Translations under genes and position numbers: made by a program | Notes under the pieces: generated by a model | The model's input: the letters and a program-made list of their open reading frames with translations, nothing else | The model's database searches: none | Told to the model about the DNA's origin: nothing | Assembly: GCA_045106895.1 (NCBI GenBank) | Contig: JBGCFM010000235.1 | Location: 1-12,569, forward strand | DNA length: 12,569 bases | Direction of reading: 5' to 3' | DNA from: Polyangiales bacterium | GTDB taxonomy: Bacteria > Myxococcota_A > Polyangia > Polyangiales > Houyiibacteriaceae | In this document: positions 1 to 9,010 of the stretch, in pieces | How the letters are laid out: each line of letters starts with the position of its first letter | Position numbering within the stretch: the first letter of the stretch is position 1

Positions 1-1
1 G

Positions 2-1332
<1,331 letters not shown>

Positions 1333-1333
<1 letters not shown>

Positions 1334-3057
1334 TGGCCCGAGTTCCATTGCGACCCATCGGTCGTCCTCGCGAGCATGTGGTAGACGACGCGACCTTCGA
1401 CACGCGACAGACCAAGCTCGCCGGTCTTGAGAAGCGTCTTCACGCGGCGCGCCAAGAGGTGCACGGCGGCTGGGGCGAGAAGTACGTCAAACGCGTCCAT
1501 GACAAGGGCAAGATGACGGCGCGCGAGCGCATCGAGCGTCTCAAGGACGACGGCACGCGCATTCATGAAGTGGGCACGCTGGTCAACGAAGGCGTCTCTT
1601 TCGGGAAGCTGAAGTCGCCAGGGGCGGGCGTCGTGACGGCGTTCGCCTGCGTCGAAGGGCGCTGGTGCATCGTCATCGCCAACGACAACACCGTGGCGAG
1701 TGGCGCGTGGTGGCCACGCACGCCGGAGAAGATTCAGCGCGCGCAGAAGATGGCGCTACGCCTACGACTGCCGGCGATTTACCTCGTGGACTGCAGCGGG
1801 CTCTTCTTGCCCGAGCAGAGCCGGAGCTTCAGCGGCGGCACAGGCGCCGGACACATCTTCAAGATGAACAGCCTGCTGAGCGCGGAGGGCGTGCCGCAGC
1901 TTGCGGGTGTGTTTGGGGATTGCATCGCCGGGGGCGGCTACATGCCGATCATCAGCGACCGCGTGTACATGACCGAGCAGGCCTACATGGTCATCGCCGG
2001 TGCAGCGCTCATCAAGGGGGCCAAGAGCCAGAAGCTCTCCAGTCTCGATATCGGCGGCCCGGAAGTCCATGTGCACAAATCCGGATGCGCGGACGTTCGT
2101 GTTCCCGACGATGAGACGCTCATCTCTTGTCTGCGCGACGAAGTCCGGCGTCTGCCGTCCAGCGGCGCGGACTTCTACCGAGGCGGCGTTGGACCCGCGG
2201 ACGCGGCGTTCCCGGCCAAGGAGATCAAAGGCATCCTCCCCACGGATCACCGCGAGGTGTACGACGCCCACGAAGTGCTGGCGCGTCTCTGTGACCACAG
2301 CCTCTTTTGGGAGGTCATGCCGGAGGTTGGCGAAGAGATGATCTGCGGCGTCGGCCGCGTTGGTGGTCTCTACGCCGGCTTTGTCATCAACCGCCAGGGA
2401 CTCATCGACGATCCCGAGAGCGGCGAAAAGAAGGCCGCTGGCACACTCTACCGAGCCGGCATCGCGAAGATTGCGGCGTTCTCTCGCGCCTGCAACCAGG
2501 ACGGAATTCCGCTGGTCTGGCTCCAGGACATCAGCGGCTTCGACATCGGAATGGAAGCCGAAGCTCAGGGACTTCTTGGCTACGGTTCCAGCCTTATCTA
2601 CACGAACAGCACGAACGAAACGCCGATGTTCACGGTGCTCCTGCGCAAGGCGTCTGGCGCGGGCTACTACGCCATGGCGGGCCTTCCCTATGACCCCATC
2701 GTTCAGCTCTCGACGACGCTCTCCCGCTTGAGCGTCATGGAAGGACGAACCCTCGCCATCGCGACCTACAACACGAAGCTCGACGACAACTTCGAGATCA
2801 CGAGCGACGACCCACAAGAGCGCGCCGAGATCGAAGCGGGCATGAAGAAGGTGGAAGCGCGAATCGAAGCGGACATGGATCCCTTCGTGTCTGCCCGGCA
2901 AATGGACACGGACGAGATTGTTTGCCTCGACGAGCTGCGCGACTGGCTCAGCGTTCTCGTGGAATGTGCGTATCAAGGCACGGGCTACCGGCGCGTGAAG
3001 AACCCGCGCATCTGGTCGCTCCACGACCTCGGTGTGTTGGTGGGAGGCGTGCGATGA
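1333..3057 (+). CDS. Acyl-CoA carboxylase/decarboxylase carboxyltransferase subunit (two crotonase-like domains; MCC-beta/GcdA-like)
   Basis: [75 protein letters not shown] overlap with the upstream stop and a GGAGG SD at 1321-1325. Confidence 0.92.
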
Positions 3058-3608
3058 AGGTCGAAGTCAAACGTCGTGACGACGGTATGCTCGAGGTCCA
3101 TAGCCCGGGCGTGGGTCTTTTTCGCCGCTCCGTTCAGAAGGGGGAGCTCGTCGGAGCCGGTCAGCGTTTTGGTGCCCTTGAGGTTCTCTCCGAGCTGACC
3201 CCGCTGGTGTTGCCGAAGGGCTTCGCCGGCATCGTCGTGGAGGTACAGGCGCATCGTCGCCGCGCCGTGGGCTATCGGAGCGTGCTCTTCGTCCTCGACC
3301 CGGAAGGCATCGCCGGGGCGTCAGCACATCAGGAAGCGAGCGCGAGTGCGGCGACCGGTCTCGTCTTTCCTTCGCCGATGAGCGGGCGCTTCTACCTGAG
3401 GCCTGCGCCTGACCAGCCGGCTTTTGTAAAGGTGGGCGACTCCCTCTCCGAAGGAACGCCTCTCGGGTTGCTAGAGGTCATGAAGACCTTCAACCGCATC
3501 ACGTACAGCAGCGCCGACCTCCCAGAGAGCGCGCGGGTAAAGCGCGTGCTTGTGGAGGACGGCGCCGATGTCGAGATCGACGAAGCGCTCTTTGAACTAG
3601 AGCCCTAG
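3054..3608 (+). CDS. accB: Biotin carboxyl carrier protein with an additional N-terminal degenerate biotinyl-like domain
   Basis: ATGA overlap at 3054-3057 with GGAGG upstream, so the start is 3054 rather than 2922. The C-terminal domain [23 protein letters not shown]...[11 protein letters not shown] carries the biotinylation E-x-M-K motif. Confidence 0.88.
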   Translation: MKVEVKRRDDGMLEVHSPGVGLFRRSVQKGELVGAGQRFGALEVLSELTPLVLPKGFAGIVVEVQAHRRRAVGYRSVLFVLDPEGIAGASAHQEASASAATGLVFPSPMSGRFYLRPAPDQPAFVKVGDSLSEGTPLGLLEVMKTFNRITYSSADLPESARVKRVLVEDGADVEIDEALFELEP

Positions 3609-4021
3609 GAAGTGATCGTGAACGCGGTGGTCGAGATGACCTCGCCCGCTGCGTTGAGGACAACAGCCTCGTAGTTTCCGGGAGCCTGCTGCGTGGAGAA
3701 GCGCGCGACGGTTCGGTAGCGGCGCCGGGCGGGGATGTTGAGGTTGACCCCGCCACGTCCACGGCCATCCGCTTGGCGGATCATGACGCGGACCTGCGTC
3801 TCGGCACGAGCCGGGTTCTGCACCTGCACGACGACGTAGAGGCGGCCTTCGCTTTGGCCGAAGCTTGTCTTCGCTTCCACGGGACGTCCGCGCTCCAGCG
3901 CGTTGCCCATCGACACGTTAGCCACGGTGAGGGTGTCCTGAGCGGCGCCGGTCGATGGGTCGCCGAGGGAAAGGCCGAAGAGCAAGGAAGCGAGGGCGAG
4001 TAGACGAAGTGGCTTAGTCAT
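3605..4021 (-). CDS. Secreted Ig-like beta-sandwich protein, DUF2914-like
   Basis: Signal peptide (MTKPLRLLALASLLFGLSLG...GAAQ). The C-terminal RYRTVA...PGNYEAVVLNAAGEVISTTAFTI pattern resembles DUF2914. Confidence 0.65.
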   Translation of the reverse strand: MTKPLRLLALASLLFGLSLGDPSTGAAQDTLTVANVSMGNALERGRPVEAKTSFGQSEGRLYVVVQVQNPARAETQVRVMIRQADGRGRGGVNLNIPARRRYRTVARFSTQQAPGNYEAVVLNAAGEVISTTAFTITS

Positions 4022-4199
4022 GAGGGTCTTCTTTCGAAAAAGGTACGTGGCTCACCAGCGATGCGCTGCGTGCGACCCACGACATAGCGAGCCCCGTGCC
4101 ACGGCGAAAAGGCTCGAAAAACCTATAAATACCAGCGAACTGATCGTGTCCACCAAGCCGCGCCGGTGTGTGTTACCAACGAGGACGAGGAGTTCGTGA
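4022..4199. promoter_or_regulatory. Divergent promoter region, including the SD of the 4200 gene
   Basis: 178-bp gap between divergent genes, locally A-rich (AAAAACCTATAAAT, about 4117-4130). GAGGAG at 4187-4192 lies 7 nt before the ATG at 4200. Exact promoter elements are not certain. Confidence 0.5.
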
Positions 4200-4805
4200 A
4201 TGGCACGTGAAGTAATAGTTTCGTACCAAGGCAACGTCAGCCGCTTCGGGATGAGCAAGGTCGATAGGACCAAGCTTTACAAGCGGCGGAGGCGTATTCA
4301 ACTGGGTCCGGATGGTGAGCCCTGTCGCAGCGCGAAGCTCGCCGCCGATGGCTCGCTCCTCGTGCTCTCCGGCATGACGGCGCAGGGGTACTTCACGGAG
4401 AACGGCAGTTGGGTTCCGAGCAAGGAGCTTGTTGGACTCAACGCCGAGGGAGAGCCCCTTGAGAAGATCGACTCAACGCTCGGTGTCGAACAGGCCCTTG
4501 AGGGTCCCGTGGATGCCGCCGACGTCCTCGACCTCAAGGTTCAGAGCGTCTACGGGCTCGACCCGAGCGAAATCGACGACGCGCTGAAAGCCGCCCTGGA
4601 AAAGGGCGAGGTCTTTCGTTTCTCGTTCAACTACCGCGCGGACTATCAAGCCGAGATCGCGTTTCTCATCGCGAACAACGACGGCGAGGTCTTCGCGCTC
4701 ATCGGGCAGCCCACCGTTCCCGTCTGGCAAGACGTGCGCGCGATTCTCCCAGCCGTTGTCGACGACGAAGATGACGACGACGAACTCGACTTCGAGATGT
4801 TTTAA
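4200..4805 (+). CDS. Hypothetical protein A, putative divergent Ku-core-like protein with an acidic C-terminal tail
   Basis: Strong SD and clean ORF. AQGYFTENGSWV, VDAADVLDLKVQSVYGLDP and ALKAALEKGEVFRFSFNYR follow the order of the prokaryotic Ku segments 'vKGYe.ekg.yV', 'FVd.deIdp.yf...YyL.P' and 'lL.eAl...gkvaia.f..R'. Ends DDEDDDDELDFEMF. The CDS is solid; the Ku call is moderate. Confidence 0.55.
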   Translation: MAREVIVSYQGNVSRFGMSKVDRTKLYKRRRRIQLGPDGEPCRSAKLAADGSLLVLSGMTAQGYFTENGSWVPSKELVGLNAEGEPLEKIDSTLGVEQALEGPVDAADVLDLKVQSVYGLDPSEIDDALKAALEKGEVFRFSFNYRADYQAEIAFLIANNDGEVFALIGQPTVPVWQDVRAILPAVVDDEDDDDELDFEMF

Positions 4806-4819
4806 GAGAGGTTATTCAG

Positions 4820-5533
4820 ATGCCCGCACCCCAACGACGTCTCTATCTCACGAACGAAAAAGGCCGCGATGCGACGGTCCTCTTCGCGACTTTGAAATAC
4901 CAGAAGCCCCCAGCGAAGGGCGTTCCGGGACACCCCGTGGACTTCCGCCGCTACCTCTCAACGACCCAAGCGGGGCTTCATGAAGCGCTGCAGAAAAGCG
5001 CCGGCGAGGAGTACGCGCAGGCGCTCATCGACGGCGACCCGGAAGTCGACATGGAGCAGGTTGGCCGACGGATCGGTCAAACGCAGCAGGTCTACCTCTC
5101 GTCCACGGGCGACGTGCTTCACGCGCCGCCAAAGGTCGTCGAGGTGATCTACGAAACGGACGGGAGCGAGGTCGAACGGCTCGACCCCGTCGACCGCGAC
5201 GGAAACGTCAACGATGAGCTTCCTGTGCGCTGGACGGGCAAACGCATGAAGAAAAGCGACGCGATTCGGCGCTTCGTTTTCGGACGAACGCTGGGTCTCG
5301 CGCATCAGGATGGTCTCACCTACGACTACCTTCATGGCATGGCGAAGGACCTCGCGGAGTCCGGGGAGCTTGTGATGATGGGCGCTGGCGAGAAGGGGAG
5401 GGACCCGCTCATTCTTCAGACCAACGGCACGCCGTATCGTGGCTTCCTTGAAGGCCGCCTGGACGGTCAGCGCTATCTCTTGCTGCTGCACCTCTCGAAC
5501 ATGGAACTGAAGCGACCCGGAGAAGCGAAATGA
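4820..5533 (+). CDS. Hypothetical protein B, putative divergent Ku-core-like protein
   Basis: SD AAGAGAGG at 4804-4811. The C-terminal half (FVFGRTLGLAHQDGLTYDYLHGMAKDLAESGELVMM...NGTPYRGFLEGRLDGQRYLLLLHLSNMELKRP) follows the strand-helix-strand-strand-'LvLh.L....evR' pattern of the Ku beta-barrel. The CDS is solid; the Ku call is tentative. Confidence 0.5.
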   Translation: MPAPQRRLYLTNEKGRDATVLFATLKYQKPPAKGVPGHPVDFRRYLSTTQAGLHEALQKSAGEEYAQALIDGDPEVDMEQVGRRIGQTQQVYLSSTGDVLHAPPKVVEVIYETDGSEVERLDPVDRDGNVNDELPVRWTGKRMKKSDAIRRFVFGRTLGLAHQDGLTYDYLHGMAKDLAESGELVMMGAGEKGRDPLILQTNGTPYRGFLEGRLDGQRYLLLLHLSNMELKRPGEAK

Positions 5534-7005
5534 GTGCTCTCTTTGATATGAGCGGAGCGTCGGCTCTTGGAGCTGGCCTCTATTCGCCGCCTGGCTGCAT
5601 TCTGGACCCCGAACTCGCCAAGACTGTCGCGGGCTACAAGCGCACCATCGCAAGCCGCTATCGCGCGCTCACGCCGGATGAGTTCGACCAGCTCCCCGAC
5701 GGCCCGATGTGGGCGTCACCGAAGATCGACGGTGAGGCGTGGTTCCTCGTGGTCGATGGTGAACAGATCGCTCTCCTCGCACCCAACGGCAAGGTCATCA
5801 CCGGGGACATCCCGGTTCTCCAAGAGGCGCGAAAACTCGTTCAGCCCCGCGCCCGTGGCCGGCTGCTACTTGCCGGCGAGCTTTTCGCTCTGCGAAAAGG
5901 CGGACGACCGCGCGTGGGCGATTTGGCGAACGCTCGCTCCGGTGGCGCGGACGCCGAGACAAGCCGCATCGGCTTTCACGCCTACGACCTCCTCACCGGC
6001 GGCGACGCGGAAAACGAGGGGCCGATGCCGGACTACGGCGACCGCCTCGCCGCGATGCAGCGCCTCTGCGAGGGCGGGAAACGCCTCCAGTGCATCCGCA
6101 CGGAGAGCTTGCCCGACGCCACCCGCGTTCCCGAGCTCTTCGCCGAGTGGGCGGAAGGCGGGAAGGGCGAAGGCATCGTTGTCCGCTCCGCCGCCATTGG
6201 TCGCACTTTCAAGATCAAGCCTTCGTTTTCCCTGGACCTCGCCGTCGTGGGCTTCACGGAGCGCGCCGATGAAGATGGCGCTGTGCGCTCGCTCCTCCTC
6301 GCGGTGATGAAGGAGAGTGGACAGTTTCAGATTGTGGGCAGCTGCGGAAACATGAAGAGCCTGGAGTTCCGCAAGGAGCTCCACGCGACCTTGTCCGCCG
6401 ACATTATCCCCTCGGCTTACACCCATGCTTCCAGCTCCGGCGCGATCTTTCGCTTCGTGAACCCGAAGATGGTGGTCGAGGTGAAGGTCACGGATATTCA
6501 GGCGGAGGACTCCAGCGGGAGCCATGTTCGCCGGATGGTCCTCGAATACCACGACGGCGATGACGCTCGTTTCACCGCCGTCGCTCCGATGATCGGCGTC
6601 AGCATTCTTCATCCGGTCTTGGTCCGCGTCCGCGATGACAAGGAAGTGAACCCCGTTGATGTGCGCGCCGCGCAGGTCCTTGAGCGAGTCTTTGTTCACG
6701 ATGTCGCCGACCCCGCGGAACGCGTCGAGCTTCCGAAGAGCGAAGTGATCCGGCGCGAGGTCTACGCCAAGGAAACGAAGGGCAAGACCGCCGTTCGGAA
6801 GCTCCTTGTTTGGAAGACGAACAAGGAGAGCGAGTCCGGCGAGTTTGCGCCTTTCGTTGTTCACTTCACGGATTACTCGTCCGGTCGTAAAGACCCCTTG
6901 AAGCGTGAAGTGCGTCTCGCGCCGACGGAGGAGCAGGCGATGCTCCTCGCCGAAGACATGGTCGCGTCCAATATCAAAAAGGGTTGGAAGCGCGCGGATG
7001 AGTAG
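5530..7005 (+). CDS. ATP-dependent polynucleotide (DNA) ligase-like protein: NTase domain, OB fold and C-terminal WGR-like domain
   Basis: Motif I SPKIDGE (Lys65), III LLAGELF, IIIa FHAYDLL, IV GEGIVVR, V FKIKP. OB fold LDLAVVGF...SLLLAV...VNPKMVVEV, and motif VI HPVLVRVRDDK. Tail ...TEEQAMLLAEDMVASNIKKGW. ATGA overlap with gene B. Confidence 0.88.
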   Translation: MSALFDMSGASALGAGLYSPPGCILDPELAKTVAGYKRTIASRYRALTPDEFDQLPDGPMWASPKIDGEAWFLVVDGEQIALLAPNGKVITGDIPVLQEARKLVQPRARGRLLLAGELFALRKGGRPRVGDLANARSGGADAETSRIGFHAYDLLTGGDAENEGPMPDYGDRLAAMQRLCEGGKRLQCIRTESLPDATRVPELFAEWAEGGKGEGIVVRSAAIGRTFKIKPSFSLDLAVVGFTERADEDGAVRSLLLAVMKESGQFQIVGSCGNMKSLEFRKELHATLSADIIPSAYTHASSSGAIFRFVNPKMVVEVKVTDIQAEDSSGSHVRRMVLEYHDGDDARFTAVAPMIGVSILHPVLVRVRDDKEVNPVDVRAAQVLERVFVHDVADPAERVELPKSEVIRREVYAKETKGKTAVRKLLVWKTNKESESGEFAPFVVHFTDYSSGRKDPLKREVRLAPTEEQAMLLAEDMVASNIKKGWKRADE

Positions 7006-7008
7006 CCG

Positions 7009-7887
7009 TTGATCGGTGGCGTCGAGAAAGCACTGCTTGCGGTTCTGCTTCTAGTCCTGATGACGGGCATGGGCGCGACTCTGACGCCGAAGAGCTTTCG
7101 GGATGTGGCGTCACGGCCGAAAGGAGTCCTCATCGGTCTCCTCTCGCAGTTCGGCTGGATGCCGCTCATCGCGTTCGGGCTGGCGTCGGGTCTGGGGCTT
7201 AGTCCGGCGCTCGCCGTGGGGCTCATCATCGTCGGCTGTACGCCTGGAGGCACCACGTCCAACCTCTTCGCCTACTACAGCCGCGCCGACGTCGCCCTAA
7301 GCATCTCGATGACCGTGGTCTCCACGGTGGTGGCTGTTGTCGCGATGCCTCTCCTCGTCGCGTTCTACGTCTCGTCCGTTGAAGGGCTCGCCTTCGACGT
7401 GCCTCTGAAGAGCATCGCCACCACGCTGGCGCTGGTGCTCGTGCCCGTGGGCATCGGCATGGGAATCCGCGCGAAGAGTGAGGTGGCGGCGAAACGCGCA
7501 GAGAAGCTCGGCTCTTGGTCCGGCGTCGCGGTGCTAGTGGTGCTCATCGCGTCGTCCGTGTGGCGGAACCAATCGGTCTTTGTGGAGATCCCAGCCGGGG
7601 GCTACGTGGCTGCGTTCCTCTTGGGCCTCATCGGCCTCATCGCTGGGTACGGCGTCAGCGCGCTCCTACGCTTGCCGGAGCCGCAGCGTCGTGCCGTCGC
7701 CCTTGAAACGGGCATTCAAAACAGTCCTCTTGCGTTTGCCATCGTGCTCAGCGCGTTGCCGGAGACCATGCAGGACGAAGCGATTCGCCTCCCAATGCTC
7801 TACGCGCTCTTTGTGCTGCTTAGCGCGAGCGCCGCCTCCTGGCTTTTCCAAGTCATCGACCGACCCAAGGAATCCCCTGATGTCTGA
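7009..7887 (+). CDS. Bile acid:sodium symporter (BASS/SBF) family transporter
   Basis: Many hydrophobic helices. Motifs LMTGMG, QFGWMP, GCTPGGTTSNL, ADVALSISMT, ALETGIQNSPLA. TTG start 3 nt after the ligase stop. Confidence 0.92.
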   Translation: MIGGVEKALLAVLLLVLMTGMGATLTPKSFRDVASRPKGVLIGLLSQFGWMPLIAFGLASGLGLSPALAVGLIIVGCTPGGTTSNLFAYYSRADVALSISMTVVSTVVAVVAMPLLVAFYVSSVEGLAFDVPLKSIATTLALVLVPVGIGMGIRAKSEVAAKRAEKLGSWSGVAVLVVLIASSVWRNQSVFVEIPAGGYVAAFLLGLIGLIAGYGVSALLRLPEPQRRAVALETGIQNSPLAFAIVLSALPETMQDEAIRLPMLYALFVLLSASAASWLFQVIDRPKESPDV

Positions 7888-9010
7888 GCTCGCCTCGCGC
7901 CTCGCGCCTCACTACACGCGCTTCCTTCGACCTGGACGCATTCTGTTGACGGGCCACTCGCATCAAGCGTGGCCTGACGTGGCTCTCGACGGAGTCGTGC
8001 GGGCGTTTGAAGACGCAGCGACTCACGTCGACGACAAGTGGGAGCATGCCGCCGCCGCCGCCGGAGCGGTACAGAGCTACGTCGCGAAGGAGCTTGGCGG
8101 TCATCCCGGCGCCGTTGCGTTGGCGGTCAATACGCACGAGCTCGTCACACGCTTTCTGTCCGCGCTGGACTACCAGCGACGCCACATCGTCACCACCGCC
8201 GGCGAGTTTCACTCGATACGGCGGCAGCTGCAGCGTCTTGAAGAAGAGGGCGTGGAGGTCACACGTGTGCCTGTCACGCCGCTGGAGACCCTTGGAACCC
8301 GACTGGCAGAAGCGGTGCGTCCCGACACGGCGGCGCTCATGACGAGCACCGTTCTCTTCGAGAGCTCCAGCCAGGTGCCTGGTCTTGTCGCGGCCACGAC
8401 GTCGGCCTTTGACCACGGCGCGCAAGTGCTTCTCGACGCCTATCATCACTTTGGCGTCGTTCCGTGGCGCGCCATCGACGAGCGAGCCTTCGTCGTCGGT
8501 GGAGGCTACAAATACGCCCAGTGGGGCGAAGGGGCTTGCTTCATGCGCGTCCCCGCGGAGACGACGCTGCGCCCTGTATATACGGGGTGGTTCTCCGACT
8601 TTGCCGGACTTGCGGGCACACAAGGAGAGCGCGTCGCGTACGGCAACACGCCAGCCGACCGTTTCGCCGGGTCTACCTATGACCCGACGAGCCACTACCG
8701 AGCCCGCGCGGTCATCGAGTTCTTCGAAGAACAAGGGCTCACCATCGATGTGCTTGCGCAGAGCTATCAACGCCAAACTGCCCGGATTATCGAGGGCCTC
8801 GGCGGCTTTGATGTCGTCACCCCCTCAGCCCGAGGCGGGTTCGTTAGCGTTCGGCTCGCGAATGCGGCGGACGTCGTGGCCGCGCTTCGAGACCGGGGTG
8901 TGTTCGTCGACTCGCGCGCGGAGAGCTTACGTTTCGGGCCGGCACCGTATGTTCACGATGAAGAGATCGACGCTGCGCTAGCTGCGTTTCGAGAGGTGGC
9001 CCGACGATGA
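7880..9010 (+). CDS. Kynureninase-like class V PLP-dependent enzyme
   Basis: ATG at 7880 overlaps the BASS stop and has an AAGGAA SD, so it is preferred over 7580. Motifs LTGHSH, EFHS, LLDAYH, GGGYKYAQWGEG (PLP Lys), TGWF, RGGFV, DSR...LRFGPAPY resemble kynureninase (cf. GCgYKYlngGPG, GWf). Confidence 0.75.
   Translation: MSELASRLAPHYTRFLRPGRILLTGHSHQAWPDVALDGVVRAFEDAATHVDDKWEHAAAAAGAVQSYVAKELGGHPGAVALAVNTHELVTRFLSALDYQRRHIVTTAGEFHSIRRQLQRLEEEGVEVTRVPVTPLETLGTRLAEAVRPDTAALMTSTVLFESSSQVPGLVAATTSAFDHGAQVLLDAYHHFGVVPWRAIDERAFVVGGGYKYAQWGEGACFMRVPAETTLRPVYTGWFSDFAGLAGTQGERVAYGNTPADRFAGSTYDPTSHYRARAVIEFFEEQGLTIDVLAQSYQRQTARIIEGLGGFDVVTPSARGGFVSVRLANAADVVAALRDRGVFVDSRAESLRFGPAPYVHDEEIDAALAAFREVARR

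Noticed and set aside
1762..3024. 420-aa minus-strand ORF, plus other long antisense ORFs (524-1225, 4958-5653, 5866-6864, 7853-8776, 8953-9801)
   Set aside because: These are shadows of well-supported genes in high-GC DNA, with no recognisable motifs.
2922..3053. N-terminal extension of the carrier protein ORF
   Set aside because: It overlaps the CT gene. The ATG at 3054 has an SD and an ATGA coupling.
3773..4003. 76-aa plus-strand ORF and the 73-aa minus-strand ORF at 4052-4273
   Set aside because: Both are antisense to or overlap better-supported genes and show no features of real proteins.
4022..4199. Possible LexA/SOS box upstream of the repair module
   Set aside because: I could not see a convincing palindrome or a known LexA consensus.
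5530..7005. Calling the ligase LigD, LigC or LigB
   Set aside because: It has no PrimPol, phosphoesterase or N-terminal DNA-binding domain, and its motifs are atypical, so no gene symbol was assigned.
7580..7879. 100-aa N-terminal extension of the kynureninase-like ORF
   Set aside because: It lies inside the BASS gene and reads as Ser/Arg/Cys-rich off-frame sequence. The ATG at 7880 has an SD.
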